Below the pieces are notes generated by a model, which did not search any database, was not told where the DNA came from, and saw nothing but the letters and a program-made list of their open reading frames with translations. Below, one piece after another: positions 26,300 through 40,295 of a stretch of 64,000 bases of DNA. The stretch is from assembly GCA_028023455.1 (NCBI GenBank), contig JAQFVV010000002.1, positions 2,232,001-2,296,000 on the forward strand. The letters are read 5' to 3'. The position numbers were made by a program, and so were the translations under genes. This stretch comes from Epiperipatus broadwayi. Taxonomy: Eukaryota; Animalia; Onychophora. Position 1 is the first letter of the stretch, and the number at the start of each line of letters is the position of its first letter.

Positions 26300-27500
26300 A
26301 TCATAAAGACATAATTTTAAATTTCAAGATTTAAACAAAATCTGTTTATACAAGCATTTTTGTTGACAGCAATGAGCCTTCATTTGAAAACCCTCATTTC
26401 CTTTAAAAACATAAATGTTAGATGTTGTGACAAAAAATCTTAGAATTTACATATGTTAGATTAAGCTTAGCACTTTTATTTTGAAAATAGTGATTCCATA
26501 AGGAAATAAAATTTAAATTAAGTTACATCATAAATTTAATGTGAGAAAATATTATTTATTTGCACTGTTTATGGAGTCATCTAGATACTCCAAATGTTTT
26601 CTTTAATTTTAAGTCTTATAAAGACAACTTTCCTGTAAGTTGTATTTTTGGATTTACAGGTGAGGTAGTTGACAAAATTTCTACATTTTATTTAAGATTT
26701 TTACTAATTATGTTAGTGTTGGAATTATTTAAAGCTTTACAAGTATTTATGTATTTGATTTTGTTTTAGAAAAGAAAAATATTTTTGTTGCTAAATTAAT
26801 GTTATTCATGAATTGCTTTTATTATTGGAGATTTCAACATATTTTAAATAACAGGATGGTTTAAAAAATTATAAAAAGTTGGATAATTAAAAATGTCATT
26901 TCAACTTTAATGTACTCTGTATCTATTAACTTTTTAAAAGTTGTCAATCAATATTGTAATTTTTTAAGGGTATTTGTTAATTTGTTGATCTTTGTTTATT
27001 TGTTTTTGTTAAAAATAATTTGAAAGATGTTTATCAATTGAATTGCCTTTATTTCAATATTGAATTCATTATTGAGGGTAATACTTTGTATTTTAATAAA
27101 TTAACATTTTTATATTTATTATTATTAAAATAATGTTAATTGTACTTCATATTATTATCTTTTTTTAAAGGTAAAAATATTTAAGAAATATGACTGGACC
27201 TCTTAATTACCAGGCATTGGTTCATAAGAAGGCTACTTTGATGAGTTTCTTTTATAGTAATAAGAGGTTTAATAAATTCAATTTTAAAAAATCAATTTAC
27301 TAATAATTATATTGATCTGGTTATTGTCATAACTTTGATAAAGAGTATATTTATTAAGAATAATTATGAGTTTGCCTTTAAACGTCATGATATTAATGAG
27401 AAAAATGAATTTATTATTTTTAAGAAATCATCAATTTATACCTTTAATTATAAATCTATTTACTTGTTAAAGAATATGAGGATTGTTTGTAAAAAAAAAA
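26300..27500 (+). pseudogene. Heavily decayed LINE (ORF1 end plus APE endonuclease) relic
   Basis: IIGDFNI lies at ~26820, a (R)GNTL-like motif at ~27075 and KYDWTS*LPGI at ~27185, in the same order as in the 29.5-33.5 kb LINE. Confidence 0.45.
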
Positions 27501-27615
27501 AAAAACACATGATTTTATTTCATTATTAAATCATTTTAAACAGTTTATAAGTAATAAAAACATTTCAGAAGTATAGACATAATAAACACCTCCATACTTC
27601 CCAAATGCCCCCCCC

Positions 27616-27655
27616 CCAAGATGCATTTCATGCTGAACCAGCACTCATCAGTTGG
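27616..27655 (-). ncRNA. Intact minimal type-I hammerhead ribozyme (family B, solo copy)
   Basis: CCAA CTGATGA GTGCT GGTTC AGCAT GAAA TGCATC TTGG. Stem I is CCAA/TTGG, stem II is GUGCU/AGCAU, stem III is the palindrome AUGCAU, and the cleavage triplet is AUC (cut between 27620 and 27619). Confidence 0.85.
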
Positions 27656-28994
27656 CCCAGGTCATTATCTCTCATATATATATCTTTATTATATGAAAAG
27701 TATTTATCTAGAGTAAACTGTTACATTTTCATTTAACATTGTCAAACTTCTTCCACTCACAACTTTGCTGCCCCATGCATATGCCTTAAAATATAAATAT
27801 AATAGTGGTAACTTAATTAAGTCTTCAGGAAATGGTGTCTTAATTTAACCGTACACATTTATCAACTTAATACAGGTTATAAAATATTGTTTGATTTTAC
27901 AAAGATTGTCTTTGTTGAAAGCAATGAAATCAAAAGAGAGGTCAATGACACGCTTTTGATTAATAATTTTGGATCTGAAATCAACAATTTTATGACATCT
28001 TTGACGTTTTTTTTGAATTGTATGTAAATATATATGTTTATTCTTATGTATATTTTTGTTAATAGTTTATATTTGAAGAGATCTATTTTAAATAGATAAA
28101 ATTATGGTTCTGGAAAAAAAAATTGAATAATAAAAAATATAGTGTTGGTACTAACGTTACAGCTATATTTTTATTTGCTGTCTGTCTCGCTCTTTCTTTC
28201 TTTGCATCTCTCTGTGTTTATGTATATATATGAGAAGAAAGTATTGTTAAAGCAAAAAAATAAATACGTTAATAATTTAAACAATATAAAAGTTCTCCTG
28301 AGAGACATCATTTATTCTTTATAAATATATTATAAAATAGCTAAAATGTTATTTGAAAATGCGGCTTAACAAAATCGTTCCTAGCGTTTATATTTTCTCT
28401 ATTTTACAAACATTAAATGAAATTTCTAATGTAAAAATGTTACTGTTAATCTAATTATATTGGAAATAAAATACATTTTGATAGACTTTGGTCGTTCGTT
28501 GTTAAATTGAAATAAGCATAAAAGATTTATTCTGATTTTGTAAAACTATTCATTTTGTATATTTTGATGAGAGGCTATATTTTTAAAAGAAAAAAAAGAT
28601 TTAGTTGTCAAATTATTTTCGTAATATTTGTTTTGTTTTCTTATGTTTAATAGACTTATCAGTTTTAGATATCTATATAATCAATATGGAAAATATTGGC
28701 ATAAAATATGACCAATAATGTTACAATAAATTTAACAAAATTAAAATATTAAGTAAAGAAATAAAAAAATAGTAGGCAAATCTAGATTCCAAATATCTAA
28801 ATAACTGAGACATACCAGATAAGTGGCATTTGTTTTTAAGAATTATGAATAGAAAGATATTAGAATTTACATATCAAAATCTGTCAATTTTGCATAAGAT
28901 CTTTAATTAAGTCAGTATCAATTGTCTATAAAAAAAAATGTTGAACTTAAACCAACCTAAACAAGTTGGATTTAATAATCATTATAGCATGATA

Positions 28995-29182
28995 GACAAT
29001 TGAAATCTTAAACTGGATTCCAAGAGATTGTAAAAGACCCAGAAAAAGACCACATGTAAGATGGATGATATAAGAAAGTGTGTAGGGGTGATGTGGAGAA
29101 GAGAAGGTAAAGATCGGAGATGGATTGAACTTGGAGAGACCTTCATCCTGCAGTGGATTGATAATGGTTGATGATGATGATG
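28995..29182 (+). mobile_element. 5'-truncated RTE-clade LINE 3' end with (GAT)n tail and 11-bp TSD
   Basis: It matches 52737-52939 and ends GTGGATTGATAATGGTTGATGATGATGATG. ATAGCATGATA lies at 28984-28994 and 29183-29193. Confidence 0.88.
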
Positions 29183-29449
29183 ATAGCATGATAAATTACA
29201 TCACATATCAACGATTACAAAAACTATATTTTGATAAAAAAATTAAATTCTATAAATATTTTATCAGAATTTAACACTGAAACAGCTATAAATCCAGAGA
29301 ATTGTCAAATTCTAAACATTATTTATTAAAGTGCAATTAAAGGTGATAGAATGTAGGAGTGCATGATAGAAAATGTGTTTCTCATTAAAACGTTTTTATA
29401 ATTTTATGGATTATAATGGAATGCCAAAAAAAAAAACTTATGTTAATTA

Positions 29450-32400
29450 TATTTTGAAGGTGATGGGTTGTTTTTACAGTTTATTCTTCACAGCTTAAGA
29501 AATATTACAAGAGCTACAGAATGAAAACAAAAATATAGGATTCAAGAAAGACTAAATTAAAATTTAATGGATTCTCAAAAAAACATAAAAGTAAAACCTG
29601 AAAAATTGCATAATGTTAACAACTATAAGCATTATACAGATTTAGAGATATAAACATAAAAACATTATTGTTAATAAAATGTTAATATATTAAAAAGAGA
29701 AAATTATTATTTTAAAAGTTTATTCAATTCAATTAATAATGTTAATAAATCAGACTTGAAAGAGAACTTAAATTATGAATTAGATTTAACTACTGATAAG
29801 GAAGGATTTACTTTTCTAAAGAATAATAAAAGTATTTCTAGTCCCATGATTCTTTGCACTGGAAAAGTTGATTCTATTGAATTGGTTCAAGTTCCAAATG
29901 ATAATGTGTTGAATAGTAAAAATATAATTTTTTTTATGTGTCAAAGCGTTAACCGGGAAACGAACCTGGGCTTGCTGCTTGGAAGGCCACTATGCTAACC
30001 TTTAGGCCACCAATGCTTGACTAGTAAAAATATAATTAATCCTTTAATTACTGATGATAGTCAATGAGGGAAGTTTAATAGATGTAAGGAAAAAAAGAAA
30101 GCTATAGTTCTTTCTACTTCAAATATAATTAGAAATACATCTTTTTTCTTTGAAAAAATTAAAATAATGATAATAAAATTACTAAAAATATTTCTGCTGA
30201 AGTAAGGGATTCTAGTGCATCATCAACAAACATCATTATTTCATATGTTGAAAAATTATCTAAGAAAAATAATAGGTTTATTACTGTGTCTTATAAAAAG
30301 AAAATGAAAAGTAAAAGATTTGACAATGCTAATAGACAATCTGTAATTGGAACATTATCTAACCATACTTTTAAAGCTATTGCAACAAAAAGGACATTTT
30401 TAAAACTGTTTGTTATAATATTATGCCCAGATGTGTCTGAGGAGCAGATAATTAATCATTTAAAGGGAAAGTTGAATACATCAATAGTATGTTACAAACT
30501 GATATCTAAGGGAATAAAATATTCATCTTTTTATGTTTCAGTGTCTGACCGGTATTCTATTGGTATTAAGAATCCTAATTTTGGCCTGAACTTGCATTTA
30601 TTTTTCCATTTTATGGTGATATAAATCATCTTAAAATTGATAAATCTGTTGTCATCAAAAATAATACAGTAACTTCTTTATGTAAAATTGATGGTGTCTA
30701 AAATTGTATTGATATAATCATGCTGGTAATCACACAGTGTATCTGTCTAAGTTGACACCTATAATGTTGAAACAAATGATAATATTAAAATGTATGAAGA
30801 ATCTGATATTGGTTTATTTGAATCAGATTGTAGTACACTTATTGTCTGCTCTCATTAATCCCTATTGTAACTTTTAATGGATTGTTTTTGTAGTAGTTAT
30901 TAACAGAAAATTATGACACAATTTTTTTAACTGAAACTTGTTTGAATGATGAATATTCATCTAATTTGTGAGTTGGCAGAATTTTAATTGCAGTAAAGAA
31001 AAAATTTGTTTTAAGAGGTTGAGTTATTTGGAATCAAATAATGAGGGTATATGGATTGAAATTTCATTAAAAAATAACATAAAATTTCTTTTGGGAAATA
31101 TGTATATATGACCTGCAATATCCATTGATCAATTTGATAATCCATTAAATAGTATTAAATCTTTATTGTTGAATTTTTATAATGATATTCTATTAATTGT
31201 TGATTTTAATTGCCCTTTAAGTTTAAATATTTCTTCAATATAGATACTAAGTTTGTTTTTGAGGTTAATTGGCTTTATGAATTGCATGAACCTTACACGG
31301 AATAATGTTAATAGTTTAAATAAAGTTCTTGACCTTATATTATCTACTTGTAGTACTATTAGAGTGTGTGTGAACACTCTACTTGTGAGGTCTGATATGC
31401 TTCATCCAGCTTTTGAATTCTATATTTATGTTGCCTTGAATGAAAAGCAATTTTTTCATCAACAATTAGGGATTATAAAAGGGGGGTTATTTTAGCTTGT
31501 ACTTAGAATTAGCTAATACTTCTTAAAATGAAATATATAATTGTTTGGATCCAGATATTGCAGCTGTAAAATTTGATAAAATAATTACATTGGTGATATC
31601 TAAATTTATTTCTTTGAAAATGAATTGAATGAATAATTTTCCTATATGGTTTTCTAATAAACTTATAAAAATAATTATGGCTAAAAATAAATGTAAATTG
31701 TTTAAATCAAAAAATTCTTTATTATATTTTAATGTTTTTTTAAATCTTAGGTCTATTGCCAAAATTAGACCAAGAATGGATTTTAAAAACTACTTCTAAG
31801 AGTGGAAGGTAATATGCATAACGATTCCAAAAGTTTTTGGAAATTTATAAAACGAAATAAAAACTCAAATTGTGAATCTTCATTCAAAGTTAATGATGAT
31901 GTGATAACCAATCCTTTATTAATATCTAATTGCTTTGAGATTTTTTTCTTCATGCAGTAATATTTCATCAACTAATCATTCATATAATTTTTCTGGCTAT
32001 ACTATTTCTGATTTTTATCTTGTATAAAGTTTGATCTCCAACAAGTATTGTCAGCTTTTTGGAGACTAAAAAATAAATCTTCAGTTGATTTTGATGACAA
32101 CCACATTTATTTATAAAGGTTGCAATGATATTCTAGCTCCAGTACTTTTTATTTTTAATATTTTTATTCAAAAATTACTTTTTCCCAATAGATGGAAAAT
32201 CACTAAAGTAGTTTGTATATATAAGAATGGTCATAAAGATAGACTTGAAAATTATAGACCAGTTTTGATATTATCAGTTCCCAATAAATTATTTAAATTG
32301 GTTGTATATGAATCTGTTTATACATACTTAAAGAAATTCATTCCAGATTTTCGGCATGGATTTATGAGGAGCTGATCTACTACTACTAACATGATGCATT

Positions 32401-33450
32401 TTATTGGTGTTATGTCACATGCTATTGATAATCAAATCAAGTTGATCCAATTTTTTTTGATTTGTCTAAGGCATCTGATAAGATCTCCCATTCTATACTT
32501 ATTAGTAAGTTAGATTATCTGTGATCAATTAAGCTATGGTTATAATGGTTTGCATCTTTTTTGCATAAAAGACCATATTTTGTTAAATATTTAGATTTTC
32601 AATCAGATTATTATTTTAATAATTCTGGTGTTCTTCAGGAATCTGTTTTGGACCATTTCTGCTCAATGTATATATTTTTGACTTAAATTTTGTAATCTCT
32701 GAGTGCTGCAATTCATGCTTTGCTGATGATATTAAGATTTATAAATACATTAAATCATCTAATGGTTGTAATTATTTACAAAACTATATCAAAAGATTTG
32801 AATTATGATGTATTAAAAATTACATAAACATAAATGAGAATAAAACCAAAGTGATTACTTTTTCAATGAAAATAAATCCCTTACTATTTAATTATATATT
32901 AAAAAGAAATGATATTTTGAGGGTAAATGAATGTAAAGATTGAGATATAATTTTAGATTCTAAATTACTTTTCTCAAATTATGTACATTATTTATCTTCT
33001 AAAGCTTTTAAAGTTGTGGTTACATCTTTAGGGGAGTAAAATTCCTTAATAAAGAAACTTATGAACATCTTTTTATATCTTTAGTATTATCAATTTCAAA
33101 CTATGACAGTGTTGTTAGGAACAATCACTCTTTATAGTAAATATTTGGATGCACTACAAAGAAAATATATAAATTATTATAATGCAAAGTTTGAAACACT
33201 GTGTAACTCTCACTGTATTTCATTAAACCCATTAAAGAATCTTAATGATATTTTATTTTTGGAAAACATAGTGAAAGGACAAATAAGCATGGTAAACTGC
33301 ATTAGTGACATTTTTTACAGTCTTCCAGACATGCGTTTGAAACTTGGTAAGACTTTTTATTTTGTAAAATTTAGAAATAATTGTTTAAGAGAATCTACAT
33401 TATTTAGACTTCCAAAGTTGTTTAATTTATATTATTTTCATTTGATATTC
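29450..33450 (+). mobile_element. Decayed near-full-length non-LTR retrotransposon (CR1/Jockey-group-like: ORF1, APE, RT)
   Basis: ORF1-like LFVIILCPDVSEEQIINHLK...YSSFYVSVS lies at 30286-30624. APE motifs are LTETCLN (~30930) and LLIVDFN (~31190). RT motifs are WKITKVVCIYKNGHKDRLENYRP...HGF, DLSKA.DKI, SGV.Q.SVLGP and FADDIKIY (~32720). There are many stops and frameshifts. Confidence 0.85.
29930..30021 (-). mobile_element. tRNA-Gly(TCC)-derived SINE (canonical-length subfamily) nested in the LINE ORF1, with a 16-bp TSD
   Basis: Minus strand: GCATTGGTGGCCTAAAGGTTAGCATAGTGGCCTTCCAAGCAGCAAGCCCAGGTTCGTTTCCCGGTTAACGCTTTGACAC, which keeps the CT-TCC-AA anticodon loop. TAGTAAAAATATAATT lies at 29914-29929 and 30022-30037. 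Confidence 0.92.
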
Positions 33451-35033
33451 ATATATATGATATTTTGTTTTTGTTTTTTTTTTGTTTTTGTTTTATTCTG
33501 TCTGTAATCAGGCTTTTTTTAAAATATTTGCCTGTTGAATACATTTATTTAAATAAATTGAATTACATTGAATTATTATTATCATTATCAAATGGTTCAG
33601 GGTATTTTTGATAAAAATAATCTTAATATTAAAATTAAAAATGTCTTCATGATTAAAAAAGAAAATTTGCCAATGAATTTTATCAATACTTTTTTTTATA
33701 AATCTAAGACTTGATTGCTTAAAAGAAATATCGAAATTAAAACTCACAAGAATATATAGAGAACAACAGTCAAAAATTGAAAGTAAAAAATTGATTAAAA
33801 ACAAACAAACAGACATGACATGTCATTAGAACAGATATGAATGGATACTCAAATGAAGTTTAAATTATTAACAGACTGCAAATAATTTTTTTTTAAAAAA
33901 TCACGTGTATGATGTATAAATGAAACGAGAAAATTTAATAGAGTTATATAAAAAAAAGACTATGGATAAAAAAAATTAGAACATGGTTGAAAATGATGAT
34001 GAAAAATGATTGCTAAGATCAAAATAATTTATATATTGAAATAAGCAAAGAAATATAATAATAAGCTCAAATATGTAATAATATAGAACAAAATATTGAA
34101 AAATATATGTACACAGTTCTTAAATTGGGCAGTGATATAATTATATATAGTACCTGCTGAAGTTTGAGATGAGTTTCGGTATGTGATAATATGTCAATCA
34201 TTTTTTTCTCAAGAGTGATTTTGATGGGGATATTTTAATCTATTGCTCTGACAATGATAATATTAATATAAAAAATTGTTTAATTAATTGTATTGTCTAA
34301 GATTGTGAATTGACTTTGTTATTTTAAAATGGATATGTGAATAATAAAGCATATAGTTTGGATAAAATTATTTTCTTTATTATAAGTATTTTCATCATTG
34401 CATCCATGATAATAAAGTATGAACAATACAACTAAATGTCTAATATCTCTAATATATTTGTTGTTTTATTTGTATAATAGTATATTTCAAAGATAGACAT
34501 GTAAATATTTCTTTCAGTATCCTATAATGAGACTGTATTTTAAATTGTTTAATTTGTGTTAAAATGAAAAAATGGTATTTGTATTAAAAACATAAAAGTT
34601 TGTTATATGTAATAATTGTGATGTTTTTTGATTACCATCATTGTGTAATAAGACTTTTATTTATGGAATGCTATATATATAATTGATTAACGAGTAAATA
34701 AAAGGTATTACTACAGTTATTATGACGTAAATGGGAAAAATTATAAATAGAACAGAAGAGGTAAAAAAATCTCTCTTATTTCAGTTTCAACAGAAACACA
34801 TCTAAATTTCTTTACGTGATTTTCTTTTTACTTGTTTTAAAAATATATAGTTAATTGGACAAAATAATGTGGTGAAAAGCAACAATATTTGCTCAAAACT
34901 GTACAGTGTATCGAGGATTTGTGAAAGGTGACAATTTATTAAATACGAAAAGTAATCAAAATTTAATTCTTAGCATTGCAAAATCATTAGAATGTTTCTT
35001 CTTTTTTTAAAAAAAAGAATATTACCTGCTTTT

Positions 35034-35125
35034 TTTTAATGTGTCAAAGAGTTGGCTGGGAAGCGAATCCCAGGACAACTGCTTGTAAGGCAGCTGTACT
35101 AACCAATTGGCCACCAATGCTTGAC
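35034..35125 (-). mobile_element. tRNA-Gly-derived SINE (canonical-length subfamily), with a 15-bp TSD
   Basis: It folds into a cloverleaf-like layout with loop CTTACAA. ATATTACCTGCTTTT lies at 35019-35033 and 35126-35140. Confidence 0.9.
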
Positions 35126-36789
35126 ATATTACCTGCTTTTCAGTGATGAGATCTAAATGTTTGCAACAGAAAAATGTACACAAATATTACATTCTCCTGT
35201 TGATATAATTTTATAAGCCTAATGGATAATTTATATATAAGATAAAAATCAGTTTAATTTCCATAGTGGATGAAACTAGTGACTGTTCACTTGTAATATT
35301 TTATGAATTGATTAACTGATAAATAAAAAGATATCCACAAAGCATCAATGTATATATATTATATAAATTAGTGTTGCACATTTATAATATTATATAGATC
35401 AGAGATCTGTTGGATGAAAAGATAACTTGGATATTTGAAAAATATTGGAATTAACCAAATGTATTTGAAATATCATAGTTTTTCATGGTATTTCTCTCTT
35501 TTATGCAATAATAAAAACAGTATCAGATTGTGGTTTAAATAAATCTATAACTATGGTACTATTATAGAAAGGCCATATCTAAAGAGCATTACTCAGGTTA
35601 TTTGCTTACAGTTATCATTATTATTGCTATATTTTTGTTCTCTTCATTTAAAATGTATAGTATTATTAATATGAATAATTGTATAATTATAGGTTAAGTA
35701 ATAATCTATTTACATACCTAATTATGTAAGAGAGTTATGACTTTCTGAGTTTGAAGTTATATCTTGTAGCATAGTAATTATTTTAATTTAAAATATTCAA
35801 TTTTTTGTTTATTGATTATAAATTAACTTCAGATAAATCACTCATATTAGGAGTTCAAAAAGACTATATTGGAATAAGTATTTATTTTTTGTTCTCTTAA
35901 ATTTATATTAACAAATAAGATTTAATTTTGTATATATAATTTTTTCTTTTATATTTCAATTAACTGTATTTTTATAGGAAGTATAAAAAGAAAATATATC
36001 ATGAACTCTTATATTTTTGAAAATATAAATATTCTACTTTTTTGTGTGTGTTACATGAACATGTGTTTGTATTTACTATAAATCTGTGGAGATTAAGATG
36101 CCATCATCTTTTTAAATATGAAGTTAATGTCAATGGAAAAACTAGTGCTTATAGCTTAATCAGATTATATTTTAAAAAGCATTGCACAGAAACAAGTTCA
36201 GAACAACAGATCGGAAAAATTCTCTTGGCTAAAGATATTGTAAAAATGAATGGATAGAAATGAATCATATTCGAATTATTGCTTGTGCATAACAGCACGC
36301 ATTATTACTTGTTACGGCACATCAATGTTTCATTGTAGCATCTTAACATTAATAAAAAAAGCGTTGTTTTCTATTAAATGTGTGGTTTATTTTGTTTAGT
36401 TTTAAGAACAAAAACCTTTTGAAAATAACACAATAGCGAAAGAATAATTGAAAACGAAATATAATTTGTATTAGTTTTAAAAAAAAAAAGTTATACAAAC
36501 AATCACCTTTTAAAATAATGCAGTTTCGAAAATTAGCTTCTTTTTTTTTAAAAAAAGGCCCATTTTTAGTAGTATTGAAAGTCGTAAAAATTATTATTTT
36601 TAAAAACAACCCATTTTTTGAGAAAATAATTTTAAAAAAAGGTAGATTTTTAAAAAAAAATATTTTAAAATACATCGATTTACCTGAAGGTGAAAAAGAA
36701 TGTAACATTAGTACTGGTTAGAGTAAATTTAAATAGCTGTGCCTTCTACATTATTTAACACCTTCACATTATAAGTTATCTTTGTCATA

Positions 36790-37130
36790 AGTACGTGCAT
36801 AGACAGCGCCAAGTAAAAAGCAATATTCTTGTTTCTAGCTGTTAGCCAGCCGTCGTATGCTAAATTTGCTTCAATAGGGCATCCAATGTTTTTGGTAGCA
36901 CTGTTAGCAGACGATGTATGCAAAATTTGCGTACGCCTGGTTATCAGCGCCACCTGGTTTATTGTTCGCTTCTGGTAGCAGACGATGTAAGGTAAATGTA
37001 CTTACGCGGCATGATCAGCGCCTTCTAGCGGCAGTAATGAAAAAAGCTGCTTTTGGCCCTGTAACCTGAATGCTTCTGTGTGTTGACACAGAAACAGCAC
37101 CTCTTGCGGCCGCATTACAGGGTCAAAACA
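36790..37130. promoter_or_regulatory. CpG-retaining island with a 71-bp duplicated unit and CTCF-like motifs
   Basis: CpGs are dense here in a CpG-poor window. TAGCAGACGATGTA lies at 36905 and 36976. CAGCGCCACCTGGTT (~36946) and CAGCGCCTTCTAGCGG (~37017) resemble the reverse CTCF core. Confidence 0.45.
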
Positions 37131-38540
37131 AGAACCATAAATTGATTTGATAATTGATAAAGGTACAAATATAATTATTAAAAATGAGTAAAAGTAATTG
37201 CAATGAAAAATTCATGTATTTTATTTTAAGTTATTGATTAAAAATGAATGGTATACTGAGTTGGTATACAGTCACAAATATTGTAATCTTATTCAGTTAT
37301 AGAGCTGGTAATAGTAATATATTTTAAAAAAATACTTTTACAAATTAGAATGATTTGCTTTAATTATCTTAAAAGTTCCTTAGTGTAGATCATAAGTTTA
37401 GTTTAAATATTAGTTTAATATTAATATTTGATTATCGGAAATCTAACAATCTTTCACATGCTTTGACACTAATAGTCTAAAGTTTTAATAGTTTAGCTTT
37501 AATAAACTGAAGAGTACTTGGATGGATTTGTCAATTAATGGAATAAGTATCAAATAAAAATCTATAATTTATTTTATATAATGTTATGATTGGATATTAA
37601 AAAATCTTAAAGTTATTTAAAAGGATGATTTGATTTTATATATTAAACTGGTGAAAATGGAAAGATGTTGGGTTGAGTGATTTTGTATTATTAAGTATGT
37701 AATGTTATTATAAATGACTTAGTTAATAAGAGTATATTAACATTAGTGGAATAGCAAGATGAGTAAGCAGAACTTTTATTTTATTTAGTTGTAATTAGAA
37801 ATCAATTATTGATATATTTTGTTAGATATCATAATATTGTAAACTTATAAGGCAAATTAAGATTATTATTTCATCAATCTATGAATTATTTCATTTGAAT
37901 AGAAATAATGCTTGACTTTTAGTACAAGTTTGTATTATTATAAACAATCTGTTAATTCATAAGGAATATTAAAGTTTATCTGTGTAATTCTTTGACATTA
38001 TTTTCATTCTCTTATAAGGGATCTTATAGTATAGGCATATGCTATTATCCATAAGACACTGATATTTAGCTTTATTGCTTTATCTTTGGTTTATTGCAAT
38101 TAATGCTTATATGTAGTTTGAAGTAATGTTTTTTTTTCTGTTCTAAATGCTATTGGAATTTATGAAGGTATAACAAAGATTATTATCATTGTTTTATTAA
38201 CTTAATTGAATAAAACAAAATGTTTATTCATTGATTGCTATTCATTTTAGTTTAACTTATTATTTTCATTCTGTTACAAGAGATGTTACAATTCATGAGC
38301 ATTATTAAATTAGGATTGTTCCTCATTAGTTTATTAGTTTATTCTGTTATAAATGGTGATCAATAATTAGGCTATGACTTAGGATATAGCATGCCCCTCA
38401 TATTTAATCAGTTATAAATGCTTTTAAACCAGTGGAGCCATAAAGGAGATCATCATACCACCATATTTAATCAGTTGCAATATATATATAATTTAAATGA
38501 TCAAATTTCAATGTCAAAATTTGTCCAAAATGTTGCCTTT

Positions 38541-39867
38541 TATATATAAAATTAAAAATAATCAATTTAAAACAAAATTGAAATAGACAACTCACTATAA
38601 ATAAAAATATTATTTAATACAGCAATAAAGCTTTCATTCCTTAATGGAATCTTTTCAATATATTTTTTTTACACAATCACATGACCAATTGCCCTACAGT
38701 AAATCCCCCCAAGGGACATAATTTTCATTACAATAAATATAATTATTAAAATATATACATTAAATGTAATTAGTACACGATGTATATGTACATAAAAATA
38801 ATTAAACTTATGAGTCTTTTTTTACCCCCATATTATATATATGTAATTAATCTAAAAAAAAACCAATAATAATCCCGTCCTTTTATTTTTAAAATTATAT
38901 CTCTAAAGTTTCCAATAATCTAATGACCCACTAAATTCCCCTAATTGTGCTGATTTTTAACTGTGTTTACACATCTGTTTAAATTTTCTTGAATATACAG
39001 TCTCATAATTTTTTCTTTCCTTGTAATTTTTAACATATTTTATTACCTAAATATTTTTTCACAATTCATTTTATGTCCAAAAAGAATATAAGATCAGGGC
39101 CACATATACATTTTTTGGATACTGGATATAAAATAAATTGTGAAAATAATATTCAGGTAATAAAGTATGTTAAAAATTACAAGGAAAAAAAGATGTTATG
39201 AAACTATATATATTCAAAAAAATTTAAACAAATCTGCAAACATGGTTAAAGGTCCAGCACAATTAGGGGGGAAATGGTCATTGTTAGATTATGTGAAACT
39301 TTAGAGTTATAATTTTAAAAATAAAAGGGATTATTATTGTTGTTTTTTTTTAGATTATTTGTATATATATATTATGGGGAAAATGACTGTAATAATAAGT
39401 TTAATCATTTTATGTACATATATGTATTTTACTAATTATATTTAATGTATTTTAATAATTATATTTATTATAATGTAATGTAAATAATGTTCATTGGCGG
39501 GTAGTTGCTATAGAGTAATTGGTCATGTGTGTTGGATATAAAGGCATGGAGTTGACAAAGAATATGTTGTGAAAATGGGAAGGAGCATAATAGAGAAGAA
39601 TATGGGAAAAACTCAGAGTGGGGAACGGAAAGGGAAGGGAAGGTGGCTAACACATTTCTCTGAACATAGTGGCTGAGAGATTCCTGACTTTGAAAAAAGA
39701 GAAGCCACAGTGCATTGAATTGCATTGCATGTGATGTGTAACAAGAAACTTCTTGAATAGGTTCCATTAAGGAATGAAAGCCGGAATGATATATTAAATA
39801 ATATTTTTGTTTATAATGAATTATCTATTTCAATTTTGTTTTAAATTTATTTTAATTTTATATATAT
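38541..39867. repeat. ~1.3-kb AT-rich fold-back element with an asymmetric ~215-bp segment in the right arm
   Basis: 38678-~39085 is inverted relative to ~39125-39529, and 38541-38658 is inverted relative to 39747-39867. 39530-39745 has no partner. Identity is roughly 80% by eye. Confidence 0.8.
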
Positions 39868-40295
39868 ATATATATATATGTATTGCAATGATCAGCTTAT
39901 CTGAAGGTATGTCCAACATCCATCATAAGAGGGTGCTGTTAGATTTTACATTTGGAATTTCTTACTCCTACTTACTATTGTTAATCAATTTTCAATGAAT
40001 GATTGGCTGGTGATATCTATATAGAAAAATTAACAGGCATTCAACTATGGATTCATACAAAACCTTCATCTACTACTAGCAACTTCATCTATGTCTATTA
40101 AGTCATGAAGAACTTCAAGATTTCTTAATATTCATTTGGTCATAGCATATTATTGTATGACAATCTCAATAATATTTAATAAAAAACCATACTAAAATAA
40201 ACAAAAATCAAAAACTTATAAATTTAAGGTTGTATTATATTTATTCTAATGCAGATGTAATTTTGATTATATTGAATGTTTCTTATATATTTAGA

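Noticed and set aside
36349-36721. Overlapping Phe/Lys-rich ORFs
   Set aside because: They are low-complexity A/T tracts with no domain signal.
38283-38366. Signal-peptide-like short ORF MLQFMSIIKLGLFLISLLVYSVING
   Set aside because: Hydrophobic I/L/F runs arise by chance in AT-rich DNA, the donor site is weak, and there is no supported next exon.
39667-39710. Hammerhead-like GTGGCTGAGAGA...GAAA...GCCAC
   Set aside because: Core spacing is wrong, there is no stem II, and there is no NUH triplet before stem I.
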